This document shows, piece after piece, positions 9,760 to 19,082 of a DNA stretch of 64,000 bases; the first letter of the stretch is position 1, and each line of letters opens with the position of its first letter. The notes beneath the pieces were generated by a model. That model had not been told where the DNA came from. It ran no database searches and saw only the letters and a list, made by a program, of their open reading frames with translations. Source of the DNA: a virus. The DNA is taken from positions 79,094-143,093 of the IMG/VR virus record IMGVR_UViG_3300046791_000499, one strand, 5' to 3'. A program made the translations under genes and the position numbers.

Positions 9760-10599
9760 CTAGGCGACGTTGAGGGCGTGCCCGATCCGGCGGGCGGCGG
9801 GGACTTGGTATGCAGCGGTGGCGTAGCCCAAGAGCGCGAAGTCGAGGGTGCCTTGCGTCTCGCTGCGATCGGCGAGTGTGGTGTTCTGAGCGAGAAGAAT
9901 TCCGGCCAGGTTCCAACCGGCGGCCTGCAGCTTCGGCTTGAGCACGCGGTGCATGGCTTTGCGGGCGCGGGTCATGAGGTCGAACCCGGTGGCGAAACCT
10001 CGGACCTCGACGCCTCGGAAGGTCACTCGGCAGACCATGCGCGACCACTCGACCTCGAGTTCGGGGAAGCGCTCGACCAGCGGCGTGATCTCGACGAGAT
10101 CGGCGTCGCTCGGAGCGAGAGCGAACAGGGGTTCGTCGGTCGAGCCGGTGACGATGATGCTGGTCGGATCATCGCCATCGATCGCGGCTGTGATCCCAGC
10201 GGGCAACCCGGCGTCGATGATGGCGAACAGGGCAGCCGCGCTGATGTCGGGTGTCTCCTGTGGGTCCAGGCCCTGGTCGGGCGAGTCGTACGAGAACGTG
10301 AGCGGGGAATCGAAGTCGAACCCGACGTACAAGAGCACGGCGAAGGTCCCGGGCCCGTCCACGAGGATCGTGATCTGCTGCTTCACGATCGATGGGATCG
10401 TGCGGACCTCTGGCTGACTCAGCGGCACGAGCGAGGTTGCGACCTGGATCAGCGCGGCCGGGAGCGCCACGTCGGGGGCTCCGTCGTCGCGCTTCTCGGG
10501 GAAGCACACGCGCTCACCGGGGATGCCGGTAGCCGCAACGACCCAGTCATGGATCGCGTTCTCGACCAGCTCGATGGCGATCGGGGCAGTCGCGGTCAT
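9760..10599 (-). CDS. Neck / tail terminator protein with internal insertion
   Basis: Position before sheath; ENAIHDWV-x-x-A-T-G N-terminus. Confidence 0.6.
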   Translation of the reverse strand: MTATAPIAIELVENAIHDWVVAATGIPGERVCFPEKRDDGAPDVALPAALIQVATSLVPLSQPEVRTIPSIVKQQITILVDGPGTFAVLLYVGFDFDSPLTFSYDSPDQGLDPQETPDISAAALFAIIDAGLPAGITAAIDGDDPTSIIVTGSTDEPLFALAPSDADLVEITPLVERFPELEVEWSRMVCRVTFRGVEVRGFATGFDLMTRARKAMHRVLKPKLQAAGWNLAGILLAQNTTLADRSETQGTLDFALLGYATAAYQVPAARRIGHALNVA

Positions 10600-11036
10600 G
10601 CCGGCCCCCGTTCCGCCGCGCTGTAGAAGCGGTAGCGTGAATCAGCCACGAGCCCGGCATCGTCCCAAATCTCTTCGCCGGTGATCTCGTAGAGCCGGCC
10701 CTGCCATTCGACCTGATCCCCCGGAGGACCGTCGGTGTTCTGCGTCGGCGCGATCTGGAGTCCGGTCCAGTTGAGCGCAATCTGGTCGATGTCGTCTTCC
10801 ACGTAGGCTGCGGAGAGGAACGTCTTGGATGCCCAGATCTGCGTGCCGCCCGTGGTCGAATCGCCGGGAAGTTGGCGGTTCAATTGGGTGCTCGTCGGCT
10901 GGACGTACAGCTTCACGAGCGCAACGACGTCATCGGCAGGCGTGAGGCGACCATCGGCCCCACGCGTGCCTGCTACTCGACGACGCACGCGCGTCAGCCG
11001 AGAGCCTTTTTTGACGGCGTTCTCGATCCCACCCAC
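10596..11036 (-). CDS. Head closure / head-tail adaptor protein
   Basis: VQP...LP-G...GDQVEWQGRLYEI motif. Confidence 0.7.
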   Translation of the reverse strand: MGGIENAVKKGSRLTRVRRRVAGTRGADGRLTPADDVVALVKLYVQPTSTQLNRQLPGDSTTGGTQIWASKTFLSAAYVEDDIDQIALNWTGLQIAPTQNTDGPPGDQVEWQGRLYEITGEEIWDDAGLVADSRYRFYSAAERGPA

Positions 11037-11039
11037 GGC

Positions 11040-11588
11040 TCAGCCTGCTTTCTTGACGTCCTTGATCCGCGGGACCTTGGCGATCTTGCGGCTCAGCGCC
11101 TCGACCAGTTCCGGGTTGCGACGGTTCTTCGGGCCTGCGATGACCGGCTTCTTGTGCTCGATCTCCATCAACTGCTCGAGTGCGGCACGTCCAGAAGTCC
11201 GAGAGATCAGCGCGGTGAATTCGTCCGGGGTGAGCCCGGCGAGGTTGACCTCGACCACCTGCTTGGCCTCGATCAGCTTGGCGATCTCTTTGTGAGCCGA
11301 AGCCGCGGACCACGTCTTGGCGTCCACGAGATTCAGACCAGGCGTGAACATGCCGATGCTGCCATCGGGAAGGCCGAACGCGACCGGGCTGGGCTCGGCG
11401 TAGCGAGTCGGCGCGGGCGGACGCTTCGGTGCGTTCTTCGGTCGCACAGCGGCCGGGAGTTTCACGAGTTCTGGCTTGTAGTCCACGGCGACCAGCCCGG
11501 GGCTTGTCGGTTGTGGTGCACTCGGCACGGGGCCAGACGCACTGCGGCCGCGGGGGCTTGGCTTCTCGGTCTTGTCTTCTTCGCTCAT
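11040..11588 (-). CDS. Hypothetical head-associated protein, paralog of 12536-13156
   Basis: ATGA coupling; shared PG-x-N-x4-5-W motif. Confidence 0.55.
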   Translation of the reverse strand: MSEEDKTEKPSPRGRSASGPVPSAPQPTSPGLVAVDYKPELVKLPAAVRPKNAPKRPPAPTRYAEPSPVAFGLPDGSIGMFTPGLNLVDAKTWSAASAHKEIAKLIEAKQVVEVNLAGLTPDEFTALISRTSGRAALEQLMEIEHKKPVIAGPKNRRNPELVEALSRKIAKVPRIKDVKKAG

Positions 11589-12064
11589 ACGTCGTCTCCG
11601 TCTGTTCCGATCTCGAAATCGATGGCCTTGAGCATGTCGCCGCTGTCGACCAGCTTTTGATCGTGGCCCTTGCGATCGATGGTGCTCTGCGCGAGCGGGT
11701 CTCCGCCCACCTGTCGGGTCTCAATCACCGCCTTGGCCGACTTTTTCATGAGCCGGCCGAGCATGGTGAGAGCCTGGATGGGGGTGGCAACGCAGTCAGC
11801 GACCGCACCGACATCGTCCTTGGCCTCCTCACCGAGTAGCGGTGCACTCTGGTCGGCCGCGATCGAGAGCCAGGGACGTGGCTTGACGTACGGCTCCCCG
11901 TTGTCTCGCTGGGCCTTGGAGCCTAGTTCGTTGATCGCACCCTTGAATGCTTGCTCAGGCTCGAGCAAGCCGGCCGACACGCGCATGCGATCCAGCCCAG
12001 CGAGGTTTCGCTGAGTCTTCCGCCAACCGAGGTCGACGTCTTGGATCTTGATCGTGGTGCCCAT
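11585..12064 (-). CDS. Neck / tail completion protein (HK97 gp10-like)
   Basis: NELG...PRPWL and PLAQSTIDRKG...LVDSGDMLKAI motifs. Confidence 0.75.
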   Translation of the reverse strand: MGTTIKIQDVDLGWRKTQRNLAGLDRMRVSAGLLEPEQAFKGAINELGSKAQRDNGEPYVKPRPWLSIAADQSAPLLGEEAKDDVGAVADCVATPIQALTMLGRLMKKSAKAVIETRQVGGDPLAQSTIDRKGHDQKLVDSGDMLKAIDFEIGTDGDDV

Positions 12065-12093
12065 CGGTCAGCCGTAGAGAATGGTTCTAGGAG

Positions 12094-12516
12094 TCATGAG
12101 TTTGTCGCTCGCGTGGACCCGATCGAACGGGGGAGAGTTCTGCGACGGGCTTGGCACTTCTCGAACTTGGCCAGCTCGAACGCGAAGAGAGTCCCGAAGG
12201 GCGAGCCAGCGAACAGGCCCGACGCCGAGGTCGCGGTCCCGTAGGTCACCGACACGCGCCCGACCGTCTCGCTCTCGACGGTCGAACCTGACTCAGCACC
12301 GGCACCCGGGGTCACCGTGAGTAGGTGCTGAGCCAGCAAAGTGATCATGTTGCAGGGGTCGACCCCGCAACCGATGTAGGCGAGTTCCTTGGTGGCCTGT
12401 CCGGCTGCGGGCCCGAGCACAATCAAGACCGCCTGTGCGATGAACAGCTCCGCCAGATCGGCGTCGACGTCAGCGAACAGGGGGCCAAGACTGTCCTGGG
12501 TGATCGTGCAGGTCAT
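12094..12516 (-). CDS. Head-tail connector (DUF4054-like)
   Basis: LLAQHLL...SETVGRVSVTY...SPFG motif; start revised to ATG 12516. Confidence 0.75.
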   Translation of the reverse strand: MTCTITQDSLGPLFADVDADLAELFIAQAVLIVLGPAAGQATKELAYIGCGVDPCNMITLLAQHLLTVTPGAGAESGSTVESETVGRVSVTYGTATSASGLFAGSPFGTLFAFELAKFEKCQARRRTLPRSIGSTRATNS

Positions 12517-12535
12517 GAAGGAATCCGCCTCGAGA

Positions 12536-13156
12536 TCAGCCCATCGCCAACGACGGCTGCGGTGCGTTGGTATCCTTGACCAAGGGCACCGCGCGCTGGA
12601 ACGCGATCGTCTTGAGCTTGACCGGCCGCGCCTTCGCCTGCCGGTCGGCAACCGCGTCGAGGATCTCGGGGCGGCCATCGCCGTGCCGCTCCTGATCCGC
12701 GATCCACTGCAGGCCGGTTGGGTCGATCGACCGAGCGATCAGATCGAGTACGGCGCCGCTGTCATCGGGCAGAGCCGTCAACTCGCGGATCTGCTTGGCC
12801 TTGACCAACTCCATCACCTGGGGATGACCTGGCTCGCCGGCCGCCGACTTGGCGGTCCTCGTGTAGAAGCGCCAGAGGTCGGCTGAGATGACGTTGACCC
12901 CGGGTTGCAGTTGCAGATCCGCCTGCCCGTTCTCCGGCCAGAAAGCCATCAACGGGGAGAGCCGGTGTGCAACTGCTCGGTCGTTCCGAACAGCGCCCTT
13001 GTCTACGGTGCCTCGGCCCACCATGCCGCGGTAGTCGAGGATGACGTGGGTCTTCTTGGGCGGCTTGGCGGCCGCCTCGTTGGGAACGGTAGTGGTTTCG
13101 CTGGACATTGGGGTCTCGCTCTCGGGGTTCACGTCGTCTGCTTTGCGTCGGGCCAT
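12536..13156 (-). CDS. Hypothetical head-associated protein
   Basis: Directly after MCP; start revised to ATG 13156. Confidence 0.6.
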   Translation of the reverse strand: MARRKADDVNPESETPMSSETTTVPNEAAAKPPKKTHVILDYRGMVGRGTVDKGAVRNDRAVAHRLSPLMAFWPENGQADLQLQPGVNVISADLWRFYTRTAKSAAGEPGHPQVMELVKAKQIRELTALPDDSGAVLDLIARSIDPTGLQWIADQERHGDGRPEILDAVADRQAKARPVKLKTIAFQRAVPLVKDTNAPQPSLAMG

Positions 13157-13161
13157 GACGA

Positions 13162-14364
13162 TCACGCGGTGAAGTCGGCGTACAGGACTTGCTCGGGCAG
13201 CTTGGCGATGACGCCACCGTGGCGCCGGAGCAGCACGTACGTCTGGTTGAGGTAGTCCTCGAAGGGTCCGAAGACCATGGACTCCATGTGCTCCACGTAC
13301 AGGTTCTTGCGATCGTCGGTGTAGACGATCCAGCGCGTGGCGGTGCCGGCTTGGTTGCCGAGCATGAGGTTGTCGGAGAACATCGCCGCGGCGATCCACG
13401 GGTACTGCTCGACCGCGCGCTTCCACACGGAGTCGCCTTCGCCGTTGGCACCGAAGTAGGTGTTCTGCATCGCCAGCCGGTCGGCGTGCGGAATCACCGA
13501 GTGGGTCGGACGTCGGCCCTGGTTGCCCAACATGTAGCGGGCTTCGATGGCCGCGAGACGCTGCATCATCTGCACCGCGGTCGGGACCATCGACGAGAAC
13601 TGCTGACCGACCAGGAGCACCATGGCGCCGCTGATCGTGGCGAAGCCTTCGATGTTCTTGTCGGTCGAGCCCCACCAAGAGACGCGCTCGCGGAAGTCGT
13701 CGGCAGCCTCGACCGCCGCGTACTGTCGCTCGCCCTGGAGATCATCGCCGACGATCGCTGCTTCCCAGTCGTCGGGGAGACCCCAGGTGTACTTGCTGGC
13801 GTAGTAGGCCGCGCCGCGGATCTCCTTCTCGTCGGAGTAGTCCGAGTTCGGGACCTCGCGCAGCGCGTTGGGGTCGGCCCAAACGGCCTGCCCGGTGTGC
13901 TCGCGGATCTTGAACGAGTTCGTCCGGTAGCCGGGCTTGAGCACGTTGCGGGACTGCAACGCCATGACCCGACCAGGACCCGGAACGAACAGCGTCGGCG
14001 CTTGCGGGCGCGTGATGTTCTCGCCGGGGCCACCGACCAACTCGAGCGAACTCGAGGTGAAGTCGGTCACGCCGTCGAACCGAGGATCGATCAACGGCGC
14101 AATGTGGCGCTTGATGATCGCCTTGGCCGCGTCCTGGACCTTCTCCAGCGGGGCGTCCGGCCATTTGCGTCGGAGTGCGGGGACGATCCGCTTCAAGGCC
14201 GCATCGCTGCTGTGCCCGATCTCGAGCCCGAAGCCCGAGTTTGAGAACCCTTGGAACTTGCCCGCCGAGTCGAGTCGGACGTCGTCGAACATGGAATCGT
14301 CGAAGACGACCGCACGTCCGCCTGCCGCATCGAGCCGAGTGATGAATGGTAGATTGGCGCTCAT
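13162..14364 (-). CDS. Major capsid protein (DUF2184-like, HK97 fold)
   Basis: 400 aa; WWGSTDKNIEGF, RHGGVIAKLPEQVLYAD C-terminus; RBS CAGGAG. Confidence 0.85.
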   Translation of the reverse strand: MSANLPFITRLDAAGGRAVVFDDSMFDDVRLDSAGKFQGFSNSGFGLEIGHSSDAALKRIVPALRRKWPDAPLEKVQDAAKAIIKRHIAPLIDPRFDGVTDFTSSSLELVGGPGENITRPQAPTLFVPGPGRVMALQSRNVLKPGYRTNSFKIREHTGQAVWADPNALREVPNSDYSDEKEIRGAAYYASKYTWGLPDDWEAAIVGDDLQGERQYAAVEAADDFRERVSWWGSTDKNIEGFATISGAMVLLVGQQFSSMVPTAVQMMQRLAAIEARYMLGNQGRRPTHSVIPHADRLAMQNTYFGANGEGDSVWKRAVEQYPWIAAAMFSDNLMLGNQAGTATRWIVYTDDRKNLYVEHMESMVFGPFEDYLNQTYVLLRRHGGVIAKLPEQVLYADFTA

Positions 14365-14381
14365 GAGGTGCTCCTGTGGGA

Positions 14382-15686
14382 TCAGACGTTGGGCGTGACC
14401 GGGACCGCGATACGAGCGCGACCGATGTGGGTGGAGGGGGCGATGAACATTTCACCGCGGGTGGTTCGGGTGTGGGTGCTGACCTCGGGGTTCGTCTCGA
14501 CGAACGCGATGGTGCCGGGGCCCAGGTTGGTCACGGTCACGGCGCGGCCATCGGCGGGGCCGGTGAGCGTGATGGTCGAGGTGCCACCACCAGCAACGAG
14601 CCCCGTGAGCGTGGGCTTGAGTGCGAGGGCAGCTTTCAGGCCCGTGACGATCAGCGTGGCGGTCGTGCCGGCGCCGCTGGTGAAGCCAACGTGCTCGGTG
14701 ACGGTGACCCCCAGGTTGTTCACGACCGAGACCTGGAAGGCGTAGTCGGTTGCGTCGACCGCCGTTGGCGTTCCCGTCCACAGGTTCGCCGTGGCACCGA
14801 CGGCGGCACCAGCCGCATCCGTCACCATGCCGGCGAGGTAATCGCCCGCGTCGGTGTGTCGGACGTAGACGGCCTCGGGCCCGTTGCTCAGCGTGATCGC
14901 CTTCTCGCCGTAGGCCGAGATGTGCCCGTACTTGGCGTAGGGGATGTTCTGGCCGGACTTGTACTCGCGGTAGGCGAAGCCGGGCTCGACGGGCTGCGTG
15001 TCGGAGCCCCGGAAGATCGGACCGCGGAAGGTCGCGGCCGACATCGAAGACGTGATCTTGGTGAAGTAGGGGCGGCCCTCCTTGTCGTAGCCGGCGGTCC
15101 CCTTGCTCGTGTCGATCCCGTAGAAGAGACCAACCTTGATCGTGTCGGTGACCGGCGACGCGATGGAGGTCGCCGTGTAGCCATCGCCACCGACGGTGCT
15201 GGTGATCACGGCCGAGAACGTCGCGCCTGGGACCCGAGCGGTGAGCCGCAACTTGGCCGCGCTCGCGCCGACCGAGGCGACCACGTAGGAGGCGATGTTG
15301 CCACCCGTGTAGGCCCCCGCGATGGTCGTGATCGCAGCGTTGATCGCCTCGATCAATCCGAGCACGGTGTCCGCGGCGGTGTCCGCCGTCGCTACGAACG
15401 AGGTGCTCGCGGGCGCCATCGCATGCGCCGCGGCCGAGGTCCCCGATTGAGTCGTCAGCATCGTGACCGTGACGGTCCACGTTGCCGAAGACGCGAAGGT
15501 CCCCGTCAGTTCGTAGTCGGTGACCTGAACGACCTGTGGGTAGTGGGCAGTCCCGACATCGTTGATCGAGGTGTCGAAGAAACACCCCGGCTCGATGATG
15601 GTCTCATCCGGGTTGGTGACGCCGTCCGTCTTGAGGAACGGGATGTCGAGATTGTTGGTGAACGGGAACAGGGGTGGAAGTGACAT
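14382..15686 (-). CDS. Head decoration/cement protein with inserted domains
   Basis: Between protease and MCP; GHI-x-A...VYVRH pattern; Thr/Ala/Gly-rich. Confidence 0.65.
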   Translation of the reverse strand: MSLPPLFPFTNNLDIPFLKTDGVTNPDETIIEPGCFFDTSINDVGTAHYPQVVQVTDYELTGTFASSATWTVTVTMLTTQSGTSAAAHAMAPASTSFVATADTAADTVLGLIEAINAAITTIAGAYTGGNIASYVVASVGASAAKLRLTARVPGATFSAVITSTVGGDGYTATSIASPVTDTIKVGLFYGIDTSKGTAGYDKEGRPYFTKITSSMSAATFRGPIFRGSDTQPVEPGFAYREYKSGQNIPYAKYGHISAYGEKAITLSNGPEAVYVRHTDAGDYLAGMVTDAAGAAVGATANLWTGTPTAVDATDYAFQVSVVNNLGVTVTEHVGFTSGAGTTATLIVTGLKAALALKPTLTGLVAGGGTSTITLTGPADGRAVTVTNLGPGTIAFVETNPEVSTHTRTTRGEMFIAPSTHIGRARIAVPVTPNV

Positions 15687-15689
15687 GGA

Positions 15690-18600
15690 TCAGGCCGCTC
15701 CGTGGGGCTGGGTTGGGGGCGCGCCGACGGGCAACGCCGTGTACTGGTTGCGAACTTGCTGGGCCTTGGCCAGCGGGTCGTCGTCCTGCCGGGTGGCATC
15801 GGTCACGGCATTCGCGGCGCGCAGGCGCTCGACGGATGCAAGGGCTTCGGTGCCCTTGTGGTCACGCCGGTCGAGCATCTCGCGTGCATCGGCCAGTCGC
15901 TCTCGCACGGCGTAGGAACGGGCCTCGGGGGTCGGAGCCGCATCGATCCGCTTGATGATCGCCTCGGCCTTGTCGCCGTAGGCTTCTCGGATCGCCGCCA
16001 TCTCCCAATCCACGATCGAGAGCGGGAGAGGTTCGCCGGAGGCTGCATCCTTGCGGGGCTCGGGCGTGTACTCGTTGCCTCGGCAGCGAGCCACGAGAGC
16101 CATCGACTCGGCGATGTGGAGAGCTTGGGCGTTGACCATCCCGAGCGCGTCGGCATGCGAGACCATCTTGGACATCGCGTCGGAGCGCTCGGTCAGCGTG
16201 GTCTTGGCGGCGGCCAATGCCTGCTCGGTCTTGGCGAGGTCGTGCTCGGCCTTATCGGCGCGCTTGCCTGCGCGGTCGGTCCGACCCTCGAGCATGGCTA
16301 CGTACTCGGCGACGGCGAGCGGGACCTGGTACTCGGCCTCGCCGACCACCAACGTGGCGAGGTCGCCAGCAACAACGGGGACCTGGACCTCCTCGTTCGC
16401 AGCGACAACGGCTGGTGCGCCTGCATCCGTCGTCGGCATTGCCGGAGGCACAGGGGGAGCAGCCGCGGCCGGAGCCTTGGGCGCGTCGGGGAACGCCATG
16501 CCGAGCGCGTTGATCTGGTCGGGCGTGAGATCCTCCTCCGACTCCATGAACTTCGCCATGTCTTCGGGCTTGATGCCGATCGCGGTGGCGATGACGTCTT
16601 CGGTCAGGCCGAGCGCCATCGCGGCGGGGATGAGTTTCTTCTTGAGCATGACGACAGAGTCCTGTTGTTGGGTGGGAGGGGCAGGCCGCTTGGCGCTGGC
16701 AGAGTCGAACCGGGTCCAAGAAGGAGGGTCGAAGAACACCGGTTGCACTGGCGGTCTCGCCGAGAGCGCGAGAGCAATGAGTTCGTCGGCGCTGTGCACC
16801 CGGATGCCGGCCGCGTCGGCGCGACCGGTCAGCACCTTGGCCGTGATGGCTGCGCCGTGCGGTTCGCTGGCGAGGCTGTTCCAGGTGATGTTGTCGATCC
16901 ATTGATCGAAGGGCCGACCGTAGTCGTCGGTGCCTGGTCCGCGATGGACGCGGCAGCCGTAGGCGACGGAGACCTCGGGCGCCATCGGCTTCTGACCGTT
17001 GACCCCTTCGATCGCGTAACGCAGGGCGGCGTCCCATGCCTTGGCCCACCCGAAGGTGTGAAGTCCATCGTGGTACTCGTCGACCGTGAGCACGACCCCG
17101 CGCGCAGCTCCGAGAACCGTCGACGGGGTGAGCAGGTCGGAACTGTGCCGCAGTTCCCACGGCGAGCCGATGCCCGAGTCCATGGAGGCCCGGTCGAACA
17201 CGGACTTGCGCGGCCGGAACTCGCGAATGCCGTTGTAGACCTGGATGTTGTCGGCACGCGAGTACAGCACCGGGTAGGTGACCCAGCCGTAGGGATGGAT
17301 GATCGGCGTGCAGTCGGCCGCCATCTCGACGCGGTCGGCTCGGACGATGTCGAAGCTGTTGGTGCGGCTCTCGACGTGGATGGCCGGCGCGTTGCCGGTG
17401 GCCAGGATCCCCGCGAGAGCACCAGCCATCCCGAGCGCCGAAGCACCGGCAGCGGTTCCGCCGAACTTGATCGCAGCACCGGGGCGCACGTCGATGGTGA
17501 TGGCGCCCGCTGCATCCATGGAGATGCGGGTCTCAGCGCCGGGCTTGCCGATCAGCACGCTGCCGTCAGCGCCCACACCGAACAACGCCTGCTGCCCTGG
17601 CGCGGCATCCTTCGCTGCCTTGGCAGCTTCGATCTGGCGGAGTCGCTCTCGAGCCTCGGCCTCGGTGTCGTAGGGGCCGAGTTCTTTGTACCCGTCCGCT
17701 GAGAGCACGACCCACTTGCCGTTCCGTTCCTCGATCCGGTCGTAGTGCTCAGCACCGTCGAAGACGTACCGCTCGCCTGCGCGCCAGATCTCGATGGAAT
17801 CGACCGGCCAGGATCCAGTCGGGACGGTGCCGGTCCAGTCGGTTCCGGGCTCGATGTAGCCGAGGGTGGCGTGGGGCTTCCATGACTCGCCGAGTCGAGA
17901 GACGTCGAGGCCAGCGGAGGCGAGCGCTTGGGCGAGCGCGCCTTGGGCAGCCACGCAGACGGGGGCAACGTCGACAGCGCAGTGAGCCACGCGCATGTCG
18001 TTGTCGAAGTAGGAGAGCGGTCCGAGGTTGACCTGCGAGCCCAGCATGGTCGGTGCCACAGCCCGGACGGCCTCCATGGCTGCGGCCAGTTGTTCCTCGC
18101 TGGTGTGCTTGACGTAGACGCAGGTGACGTGGGGAGCACCGACCTCGGCGTCCTCGGGGAATTGCGCAGCGATGGCGGCTGGGATCGGCAGAACGACGCA
18201 GAGCGAGTCGGCCGCGAAGTCTTGGCGTGCCATCGGCAGCACTTCGACCCGCATGACATCGACGGGGCCGAATACTACGACCTCGCGCTCGGTGGCGATC
18301 GCATTGCGCAGCGGCTCGTTCCAGATCGGGTGGACCTGGTCAGCGATGGCCGAGATCTTGGCGATGGCGTCAGCATCGAGCAGGAGCGCGTCCGGGGACA
18401 CGCTGCCGTGCATGATTGCACCGACCTTGGCGTTGTTGATGTCGCCGGTCGGGATGTAGTCCCCGCTCGAGAACTTGGTCGCCTGCTCGAGCGACGTGGT
18501 CCAGGACTTGTCGCGAGTCGCGTCTGACTCGCCAACGAGCTTCCCGGCGATGCTCGGCGAGATGTTCGACAGGCCGCGGTAGATGCGGTCGGTCTCGGGC

Positions 18601-19082
18601 GCGCGCAGGTATGGGTACTTATCGCGCAGCCCGAGCAGCACTTGGATGCGCGGCTGCGAGAGCTTTTGCCCGTGCGAGTAGTGCTCGACCAGCCACCCGT
18701 GGATCGTCGCTTCATCTGGCTCGCCGTCCTGCCGAGCGTTGAAGTCGTCGAGCAGCCCCTTGGCTGCCTTGGTCGCTCGCTCGCGAACATCGGCCGGCAC
18801 GTCGAGCGGGGTGCCCTGACCAAGCCGGCTCAGCGCTGCACGCAGGGCAGCCGCGTTGATGACCATCTCGCCGTCGACGATGTCGCCAACCGGCATGTGG
18901 AGATCGCCCTTGAGCTTGGTCGACGGGTCCGCGATCAGGTAGGCGGCGGAGACCTTGTCGAAGTCGAGTTCGCCTGCAGCGTTGGATGCCCACGCGAACA
19001 GGCGCTTTTCGGCCGCGCCGCTGTCCCAAGGCTGGTCGATGATCTGGGCCTTGGTGTTGAGCGTGATGCGGAAGTCAGCCAC
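15690..19082 (-). CDS. Multidomain prohead protease/scaffold polyprotein (N-domain + ART + 2H phosphoesterase + small domain + spike-like segment + DUF2213 + scaffold)
   Basis: GGAGGT RBS before GTG 19082; YRG/SWTTS/EREV; PHVT/PHAT; SRADNIQVY..REFRP..VF..EVSVAY; acidic helical C-terminus. Confidence 0.8.
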   Translation of the reverse strand: MADFRITLNTKAQIIDQPWDSGAAEKRLFAWASNAAGELDFDKVSAAYLIADPSTKLKGDLHMPVGDIVDGEMVINAAALRAALSRLGQGTPLDVPADVRERATKAAKGLLDDFNARQDGEPDEATIHGWLVEHYSHGQKLSQPRIQVLLGLRDKYPYLRAPETDRIYRGLSNISPSIAGKLVGESDATRDKSWTTSLEQATKFSSGDYIPTGDINNAKVGAIMHGSVSPDALLLDADAIAKISAIADQVHPIWNEPLRNAIATEREVVVFGPVDVMRVEVLPMARQDFAADSLCVVLPIPAAIAAQFPEDAEVGAPHVTCVYVKHTSEEQLAAAMEAVRAVAPTMLGSQVNLGPLSYFDNDMRVAHCAVDVAPVCVAAQGALAQALASAGLDVSRLGESWKPHATLGYIEPGTDWTGTVPTGSWPVDSIEIWRAGERYVFDGAEHYDRIEERNGKWVVLSADGYKELGPYDTEAEARERLRQIEAAKAAKDAAPGQQALFGVGADGSVLIGKPGAETRISMDAAGAITIDVRPGAAIKFGGTAAGASALGMAGALAGILATGNAPAIHVESRTNSFDIVRADRVEMAADCTPIIHPYGWVTYPVLYSRADNIQVYNGIREFRPRKSVFDRASMDSGIGSPWELRHSSDLLTPSTVLGAARGVVLTVDEYHDGLHTFGWAKAWDAALRYAIEGVNGQKPMAPEVSVAYGCRVHRGPGTDDYGRPFDQWIDNITWNSLASEPHGAAITAKVLTGRADAAGIRVHSADELIALALSARPPVQPVFFDPPSWTRFDSASAKRPAPPTQQQDSVVMLKKKLIPAAMALGLTEDVIATAIGIKPEDMAKFMESEEDLTPDQINALGMAFPDAPKAPAAAAPPVPPAMPTTDAGAPAVVAANEEVQVPVVAGDLATLVVGEAEYQVPLAVAEYVAMLEGRTDRAGKRADKAEHDLAKTEQALAAAKTTLTERSDAMSKMVSHADALGMVNAQALHIAESMALVARCRGNEYTPEPRKDAASGEPLPLSIVDWEMAAIREAYGDKAEAIIKRIDAAPTPEARSYAVRERLADAREMLDRRDHKGTEALASVERLRAANAVTDATRQDDDPLAKAQQVRNQYTALPVGAPPTQPHGAA

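Noticed and set aside
1-15686. Contractile injection system / tailocin interpretation
   Set aside because: Capsid, protease, portal and a long tape measure indicate a full phage
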